Translations under genes and position numbers: made by a program
NCBI GenBank assembly: GCA_049599895.1
Contig: JBMYPC010000001.1
Coordinates: forward strand, 1 to 62,543
Direction of reading: 5' to 3'
Length of the DNA: 62,543 nucleotides
Source of the DNA: Bacteriovoracaceae bacterium
GTDB taxonomy: Bacteria > Bdellovibrionota > Bacteriovoracia > Bacteriovoracales > Bacteriovoracaceae
The notes under the pieces: model-generated
What the model was told of the DNA's origin: nothing
Seen by the model: only the letters and a program-made list of their open reading frames with translations
Database searches by the model: none
In this document: positions 56,784 to 62,543 of the stretch, in pieces
Position numbering within the stretch: position 1 is the first letter of the stretch
How the letters are laid out: each line of letters starts with the position of its first letter

Positions 56784-59700
56784 ATGTCTTTAAGACAAGT
56801 CTCTGCATTTTTAATTGCCCTCTTAGTGTCTTTACAATCACTGGCCGCAACAACTCATCTTAGAGAGCGAACTGTCTACGTTCGAGATAATGAATCGGAT
56901 TATCGTTTGATGATTCCTAAGGACACTGTCGCCGTCGATGAAAGTCGTGATTATCTTTATCTTGCAAGTGAAAAAACAATCAAGGTCATCCCGCAAGCGT
57001 CTAGTGAGATTGTCAAAGAGGGAATGCCGAACCGTCTTCTTGTTCCGTATTGGGAAGTTGGAGTGGCCCACGAACTTCAGGATAAAAAGATTTATGATTT
57101 TGCCAGTCAAGATACACAAGATTATGTGATTTTTCATATCGTAGAAAAAAAGAATACTGAAAGCTTTTTCCTAAAGTCTTTTGCGGTAAAAAATCCTAAT
57201 GGTATCGGGGGTGAAACTCTTAATGAAAAACGAAGTAAAGAAATCGACCAAGAGCAGTCTGGTGAAAATGAACTGAATGGCATCAATGACCTTGGGCTTT
57301 TCAGTATTAAAAGTAACTCCCAAGAAATTATTGGAGATGGTGAGATTACTATCATTCGAGATCCCAAAGTAGGAAGTGATGTTCTTTTGAGTCTCGATTC
57401 AAAAAACAATCTTATTCATGCCTATGATCTTCGCGATCCTTTTAAACCCCAGTATCTTGAGAGTTTTATCGTTGATTTATCTCAAATCGAAAGTCCTAAG
57501 CTCTATTCAAACTTTAAGACGAAATCAAACTTCATTTTAGAAGGAAAACAAAAAAGGGAAGAGGTCTCTCTTTTTCAATTACGTTCACAAGCCGCAGTGA
57601 GAAGAACACACCTTTTCATTGACCTTGAAAATCAAATCAAAGGAAACTCTTGGACTCACCAATTCCTTTTTCTTGGTCTTTTTGGCAATGTGATTAAGTT
57701 TTTAGATGAAAAGTTAGGAACTCCCGATGTGACAGTGAGTGATCTTATGAAAGATCCTGTTATCTCAAAGCTAAGAAATTCTGCTTCAGATAGGGACGTT
57801 CTTGAATATCTCAAAGTGAATAATATTCTTACTGAAGAAGAATTTAATGGACTTGAAACGACTTTAAAACTCAATAAGGCAAGCGGAACGAAATGGTTCT
57901 TTACAGTTGCTATCATTGTGGGAACCTTAAAGACTTTGAAGTTAAAATCTCAGTCTCCAAGTTTAATGAAAGCTCTCAATCACTACAAGCTGAAAGTCTT
58001 TCGATTAACGAAGTCCCTATTTGGCAAAAACAAGGCCTTGAATCGAATAGGAAGTAAAGCTGGAAAAGTTGTCGATGGAGTTCAAACAGCTTTAAGAGCA
58101 AGACTTGTTCGAAACTTTTATAATATGGAATACCCAGCGCATGCTATTAAAACTTTAGGAAAGCTCGCGGAAAAGAATAAGCTCATCACTAAAGCTGAAC
58201 TTAAAAATATTCATAAAAAAAGTTATAAAGAGCAATTTGAGATCCTCTCTGAGCTTATTGAGAAGGTGACTCCAGGTCTAAAAAAGTCATCTGAAAAAGC
58301 AGCTTTAAAAATCTTAACTCAAACAGAAATGTGTAAAGTCTTTGTGGGAAAAACGGAGACTCTTCAGACGATGAGGAAAATGAAAGCTCAAGTCTTAGGA
58401 TTATTAAAAAGACATCATGACAGATATAAAGACTTAGACCTCAAAGGAATAGATAGCGTTGCCTATCTTCATGCTTCAGATCTTAATACGGTTATGGGCA
58501 AACTTCATGAACTAAAATCTGTCGTACCCGTGAAGTCTTATGATGCTTTAAAAAAGAGTCTTGATGAAAGTTTTAAAAAATTAGATGAATATAATGAGCT
58601 TATTAAAGGTTATGGGACAGAGGGGCAAGTGGCCAAAGTCTGGGACCGTTGGGCGCATTTTACTCAATCTTATTCTCACTTTTTTATTCCTGAAAAATAT
58701 CTTGCCGCTAATAATCGAGTAGCAAAATTTATCAATGAAAGTACTCGTAGCGATGCAGTCAAAACAGGGAAGGGGACTGTCGAGCGAATCCAAATCAAAG
58801 GAGAGCATGCTAAAGCAGCCTTTTATTTAGGGATTTCAGATACTCTGGGAGAAGTTATTTCTCAAGGAGTGGCAAGGCAATCTCTTGCCGACCCTAGCGA
58901 AAGATCTTTTGGCTCCGGAGATAACTTTCTTGAACTGCCTATTGGTGATGAAAGTCTAGGAATTCATTTTGATCTTATTGTTCACACCGCGAATAATCTC
59001 ATTGGTTGGTGGATGACAATGCCTGCAAATATCGCAAAGTCGAATTTTAGTTTTGGAAGTCGAGGGAAAGTCACGATTACCAATCGTTTTTTCGATTATA
59101 TTAAAAAGTCAATCAATCCTATCAATTATCTTTATAAAGACGTTTTACTTCAGTATCCCGTCGTTGCCCTTACGTCTCATATATTTGAGCAGGACTATAA
59201 GTCTGATCATAGTGAAGATTTTAATTTAGAAGATTATAATGAGTTTAAAGGTCGTTTAAGAGGACGGCTCACAAGTATGCAAAGTTTTGGAGAGCGTAAG
59301 GCATTAGACCTTCTTCTTTATAGGGCCTACGTGACCCCTCAGTTTTTTATGCAAGCTGAGTTTGATAAAATCGCAAGATCTCTTTTCAATTCATCTTTAC
59401 CTGGAACAATGGTTTCATCTCTTGTGATGCCTTTAACGACTGGTTTTTGGCCAAACCGAGCTTTTGGTGCTTATTTTGGAATGAACAATCCCCAAATGCT
59501 TAAACTTCTTAAGGTTTTTAAGGCCGAAGGCATTTTATCTAAGATAGATGAAGATGGTGTGACTGACATTAATCTTTGGACAGAGTCTGAAAAAGCTTCT
59601 TTTTATAACATTATGCTTATGCTTGAGATGGCAAGAGAGTCGGAAACGAACCCTTTAAGTCAGACAGCCTCCATCGAAGAGCAAACTCAGTGGTTTATGA

Positions 59701-61019
59701 AAATTGGCAAGAGTCTTTTTGGTGATGATTATCTTGATCAAGACCTTAAAAAATTAAGTCCCATTGTTAAAATGAGTGATCCTAAGAACCCAACAACAGA
59801 GTTTCGCTACGAGAAAGAGGCCAAAAAACTTTTAGAGAAGTTTGATAAAGTTAAGAAAAAGGTCTCTCTTCTTCCGTATCTAAAAGTTCCTTATCTTGAT
59901 AATAGCTTTCTTGTCATGACAAAAACTGAGCGTGCTAAAAATGTTGGACGAATAAGTGAGCTTAAAGAAGTTTCTGAAATTACAAAACAACTCAATAAGG
60001 CCATCGAAGCTCTCAGTGTGAATAAAAAGGCAATTAGTCGCCAAAGCCGAATCAATGTCTCTGTGGCCATCTATGATTCTTTATTTTTACTAAACCAACT
60101 ATTACTCAATGGAAAAATCTCGAGATATGTTGAAGGCTCTGTTTATAAGTCTCTTGAGTCATTAAGAAAAGTTGTGGGATCAAAATTTGGCGCTCTCGAG
60201 AGTAAAATGAAGGTCAATCGGAAGTTTTCTAAATCTGTAGCCGGTCAGTTTGGACAGGGGACAGATAAACTCCTAAGTTCAAATCTTCTTCTCCTCGGTT
60301 CGATTCCTCTTTACCTCTGGATCGATGATCAACTTGAAGCTCATATTCACATTGAAGATCATATCACAAACCTTGTCGCAGAATTGCAAGAAATCCTTTT
60401 CTCTGTGTCTAAACAACTTATCTCTGAGTACTTTGAATCAGGAGCAGAAGTTTATAAAGACTATGAGGACCTCGAAAGTTATCGAAAAATCGTTATTGAA
60501 AAAAATGAGCTTCTTAAAGCAGTCGTCAATTCTTCTCATCTTGCCACAGAGAAGTTCTTAGATTCAAGACTTTATCGAATGCCAAAACTTCTTGCGACTT
60601 CTGGTCCTATTGGGATGGGGCTTTCTGGTTTTTGGATATTGACTCATTTTCTTCTTTATAAAAACTCAAAAGGTTTTGTCGGGAAAATGACAGATAGGTT
60701 TGCCCCTGGTCTTTTTAAGTATTCTTTAATTTTATGGCTTGGAATGTCTCAAATTGATAATGTGATTGAAAAGCACGCATACCTAAGTGCAATTGACTTT
60801 ATTAATCTCCATCAGACTTATTACACAAGCCTCTTTGAGCTTGCTTTAATTGATAAAGTCTTAGAGTCAAGACAGAGCAATAAAGATGTCAGTATTGAGG
60901 CGGCTTTAGAACATGCTCGTAAAACGATGGAATCAGACCAAGTGATTAAAGACCTTGAGAGATTTAAAGAAAGAATAAGGAATCTTCCCATTTTCGAGGA
61001 GGAGTCATCATTAGAGTAG
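56784..61019 (+). CDS. Giant (1411 aa) signal-peptide protein of unknown function with hydrophobic helices near the C-terminus
   Basis: The ORF is uninterrupted over 4.2 kb. The signal peptide is MSLRQVSAFLIALLVSLQSLA. Long Lys/Glu-rich helical regions are present. A hydrophobic segment, LLATSGPIGMGLSGFWILTHFLLY, lies at about aa 1269-1292. I saw no enzymatic or NTPase motif by eye. Confidence 0.7.
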   Translation: MSLRQVSAFLIALLVSLQSLAATTHLRERTVYVRDNESDYRLMIPKDTVAVDESRDYLYLASEKTIKVIPQASSEIVKEGMPNRLLVPYWEVGVAHELQDKKIYDFASQDTQDYVIFHIVEKKNTESFFLKSFAVKNPNGIGGETLNEKRSKEIDQEQSGENELNGINDLGLFSIKSNSQEIIGDGEITIIRDPKVGSDVLLSLDSKNNLIHAYDLRDPFKPQYLESFIVDLSQIESPKLYSNFKTKSNFILEGKQKREEVSLFQLRSQAAVRRTHLFIDLENQIKGNSWTHQFLFLGLFGNVIKFLDEKLGTPDVTVSDLMKDPVISKLRNSASDRDVLEYLKVNNILTEEEFNGLETTLKLNKASGTKWFFTVAIIVGTLKTLKLKSQSPSLMKALNHYKLKVFRLTKSLFGKNKALNRIGSKAGKVVDGVQTALRARLVRNFYNMEYPAHAIKTLGKLAEKNKLITKAELKNIHKKSYKEQFEILSELIEKVTPGLKKSSEKAALKILTQTEMCKVFVGKTETLQTMRKMKAQVLGLLKRHHDRYKDLDLKGIDSVAYLHASDLNTVMGKLHELKSVVPVKSYDALKKSLDESFKKLDEYNELIKGYGTEGQVAKVWDRWAHFTQSYSHFFIPEKYLAANNRVAKFINESTRSDAVKTGKGTVERIQIKGEHAKAAFYLGISDTLGEVISQGVARQSLADPSERSFGSGDNFLELPIGDESLGIHFDLIVHTANNLIGWWMTMPANIAKSNFSFGSRGKVTITNRFFDYIKKSINPINYLYKDVLLQYPVVALTSHIFEQDYKSDHSEDFNLEDYNEFKGRLRGRLTSMQSFGERKALDLLLYRAYVTPQFFMQAEFDKIARSLFNSSLPGTMVSSLVMPLTTGFWPNRAFGAYFGMNNPQMLKLLKVFKAEGILSKIDEDGVTDINLWTESEKASFYNIMLMLEMARESETNPLSQTASIEEQTQWFMKIGKSLFGDDYLDQDLKKLSPIVKMSDPKNPTTEFRYEKEAKKLLEKFDKVKKKVSLLPYLKVPYLDNSFLVMTKTERAKNVGRISELKEVSEITKQLNKAIEALSVNKKAISRQSRINVSVAIYDSLFLLNQLLLNGKISRYVEGSVYKSLESLRKVVGSKFGALESKMKVNRKFSKSVAGQFGQGTDKLLSSNLLLLGSIPLYLWIDDQLEAHIHIEDHITNLVAELQEILFSVSKQLISEYFESGAEVYKDYEDLESYRKIVIEKNELLKAVVNSSHLATEKFLDSRLYRMPKLLATSGPIGMGLSGFWILTHFLLYKNSKGFVGKMTDRFAPGLFKYSLILWLGMSQIDNVIEKHAYLSAIDFINLHQTYYTSLFELALIDKVLESRQSNKDVSIEAALEHARKTMESDQVIKDLERFKERIRNLPIFEEESSLE

Positions 61020-61048
61020 GAGTTTTAAGGTTTTCATTATTTATTCTG

Positions 61049-62083
61049 ATGTTATACTCGGCTTCTTCGTTTAGCTGCCTTATTGAAATTCATTCCTCCC
61101 AAACAAATACTTCCATAAAAGAACTTTCGTTAAAAAAGTCCGACCATGAAAAATTTCTTAAACTGTTTAAGGAAAGTAGAAATCAAGAAAAGTTTTCTCG
61201 TCTTCTCGAAGAAATCGAGAGTCATAGTCTTTTTTCCTTTCGTCGAAAAATAGGTTTCAAGTCTTCTCAAATCTTAGAAGTCTTTACTTATTTAGATGAG
61301 ATCAACTTTGATTTGCAAAAGATCTTGGCAAAATCTTTAAGAGGGGAAAAACTCAGCCTTGTGGAGAAAAGAGCGTTTTTTCTTTTAAAGACCAAGAAGC
61401 TTTGGTTCAAAGAGGGGGTTTATAAACGTCCAGGCTTTCTTGAACTCGATTCCTATTCCGTTTCAGAACGTCTTTCAGCTGTATTCAAAAAGATCGAAGG
61501 CCTAGGGCCATCTTCTGAATTTGATAAAATATTAAACGACTTGAGCTCTGAATCATTCCTAGAGAAGCTTTTTGGCACTTTTTACTATTCTGAACAGTTT
61601 AAAAAGCGGATTGCTTTCTTAGAAACAATAAAAGATTCAAGTCTTTTAAAAGAAGAGATTGCTCATGTCCAAAAAGAACTTTTAAAAAATAGTGAAGATA
61701 AGAAACGTGTTATACAGTTTCATCTGGATCAGCTTAAAATAATCGAATCTCTTCTTAAAGAAGGGGATATGGCAAATTTAAAAGTCCGTTACAGTTCCCT
61801 TTTTATTCGCATCCCTGATGCCTTTCAATCGATAGAATCTCTTTCCAGGACAATGCTTCTCATTACTGGATTCATCTATTTTGTTGATTTTTCTTTGAAG
61901 AAGATATTCAAAGTGAAAGAGTTAGAAAATGAGGACATTCATGGTGAGAGTCTCCCAAGTCTTATTGAATCTCGAAGCAAAAAAACACCAGAAGAAAGTC
62001 ACGAAGAGGATCTTGAGGAGCAGTTTAATTCTGGATTAATTAGTTTTGAGCAATATCTTGAACTTTCTAAAATTTCTGATTAA
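61049..62083 (+). CDS. Hypothetical coiled-coil-like protein with one hydrophobic segment and acidic tail
   Basis: The gene starts 29 nt after the giant ORF on the same strand. A hydrophobic segment, MLLITGFIYFVDFSL, lies near aa 270. The start codon is uncertain because the nearest aggag is 27 nt upstream. Confidence 0.55.
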   Translation: MLYSASSFSCLIEIHSSQTNTSIKELSLKKSDHEKFLKLFKESRNQEKFSRLLEEIESHSLFSFRRKIGFKSSQILEVFTYLDEINFDLQKILAKSLRGEKLSLVEKRAFFLLKTKKLWFKEGVYKRPGFLELDSYSVSERLSAVFKKIEGLGPSSEFDKILNDLSSESFLEKLFGTFYYSEQFKKRIAFLETIKDSSLLKEEIAHVQKELLKNSEDKKRVIQFHLDQLKIIESLLKEGDMANLKVRYSSLFIRIPDAFQSIESLSRTMLLITGFIYFVDFSLKKIFKVKELENEDIHGESLPSLIESRSKKTPEESHEEDLEEQFNSGLISFEQYLELSKISD

Positions 62084-62088
62084 TGAAT

Positions 62089-62543
62089 TTAACATTCAGG
62101 TATTTCGTTCCAGCTGGTAGTATATCGCGGAGATTTATAATTCTGGTTTATATACCAGGCAAAATCATTAATTCCACAAGCAAAAGATTTAAGAGTTCTA
62201 GCACCTTCTTTTTTGTTCACAAAATCCATAAGGGTCATAAGGGCCTTTTCCTTTGGAGTCTCAGGTTCTTCAAAAAGGCTTAGAGCATGACAGTATTCAT
62301 CTTGGATATCACTGACTTGAACACCTAGTTTTTTATACTCAATTCCAGGGATATAGATACGATCAAGGGCCTTTAGGGCCAGTTCCGTGATTTTAAAAGT
62401 ATTGGAAGTGGGAGTGAGGAAACTTAAAGAGTGGTTTCCTTTATAGAATTTTTGATCTTCTCGAAAAGGATTGCTTCTGACAAAAATATGGACTTTTTTG
62501 CAAACGGATTTTTGTTTTCGAAGTTCCTCGGCGACTTCATGAG
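62089..62543 (-). CDS. umuC: Y-family translesion DNA polymerase UmuC, C-terminal part (N-terminus beyond the right window edge)
   Basis: This gene is absent from the supplied track. Hand translation of the minus strand gives ...LTPTSNTF...YKKLGVQVSDI...LFEE...LMTLMDFVNKKEGARTLKSFACGI...WYINQNYKSPRYTTSWNEIPEC*. That sequence parallels the E. coli UmuC C-terminus (LTPT, YQKAGVML, LMTVMDTLNAKEGRGTLYFAGQGI, SPRYTT). Confidence 0.85.
   Translation of the reverse strand, partial: HEVAEELRKQKSVCKKVHIFVRSNPFREDQKFYKGNHSLSFLTPTSNTFKITELALKALDRIYIPGIEYKKLGVQVSDIQDEYCHALSLFEEPETPKEKALMTLMDFVNKKEGARTLKSFACGINDFAWYINQNYKSPRYTTSWNEIPEC

Noticed and set aside
62083-62283. Track ORF of 66 aa on the plus strand
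   Set aside because: It lies antisense to a reading frame that translates into a clear UmuC C-terminus. It has no RBS, and its composition is typical of antisense translation.
54915-62543. Calling the tRNA-to-umuC stretch a bona fide integrated mobile element or genomic island
   Set aside because: I found no integrase, transposase or phage gene, and no direct repeat of the tRNA 3' end. Only the pilin-like gene looks compositionally foreign. I report the stretch as a variable region, not as a mobile_element feature.
1-62543. CRISPR arrays, rRNA genes, IS elements and prophage genes
   Set aside because: I saw no regularly spaced direct repeats, no rRNA-like sequence and no transposase, integrase or capsid-like ORFs on either strand.

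Overview
This is an AT-rich chromosomal segment from a diderm bacterium, shown by a LamB-type porin, several lipobox lipoproteins, DsbD and an OMP-like C-terminal Phe. The many secreted hydrolases suggest a predatory Bdellovibrionota-like host, but that is only an inference.

Most of the window is recognisable core metabolism:
- A complete maltodextrin/glycogen uptake and catabolism cluster at about 10.6-25.0 kb: lamB and malK converge on a minus-strand string of ROK kinase, malE, secreted GH13, glgP, malQ, malF and malG.
- Housekeeping genes: guaB-guaA, phoX, dnaE, pyrD, typA, queC, a phosphohexomutase, a ferredoxin, ilvE and tRNA-Val(GAC).

Two genes missing from the supplied ORF track run off the window edges. 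I recovered both by hand translation:
- A subtilisin-like S8 protease at 1-2088 (-).
- The C-terminal part of umuC at 62089-62543 (-).

The parts that look accessory or unexplained are:
1. An orphan module directly after tRNA-Val (54.9-62.1 kb). It starts with a roughly 400-nt ORF-free, hairpin-rich spacer of different composition. It continues with a pilin-like gene with atypical codon usage, a 1411-aa signal-peptide protein and a 344-aa partner, and ends against umuC. This is my best candidate for an undescribed system, but I cannot assign a function.
2. A 1136-aa secreted orphan protein immediately upstream of the S8 protease.
3. A secreted two-HKD PLD-family enzyme with a divergent secreted partner.
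4. An internally duplicated small secreted protein with a structured leader.
5. An orphan protein plus a CsgG/LpoB-like lipoprotein, translationally coupled downstream of dnaE.
6. A small secreted-protein gene interrupted by one in-frame TAA.

I saw no CRISPR array, integrase, transposase or rRNA. All homology statements rest on motif recognition by eye and were not checked by database searches.
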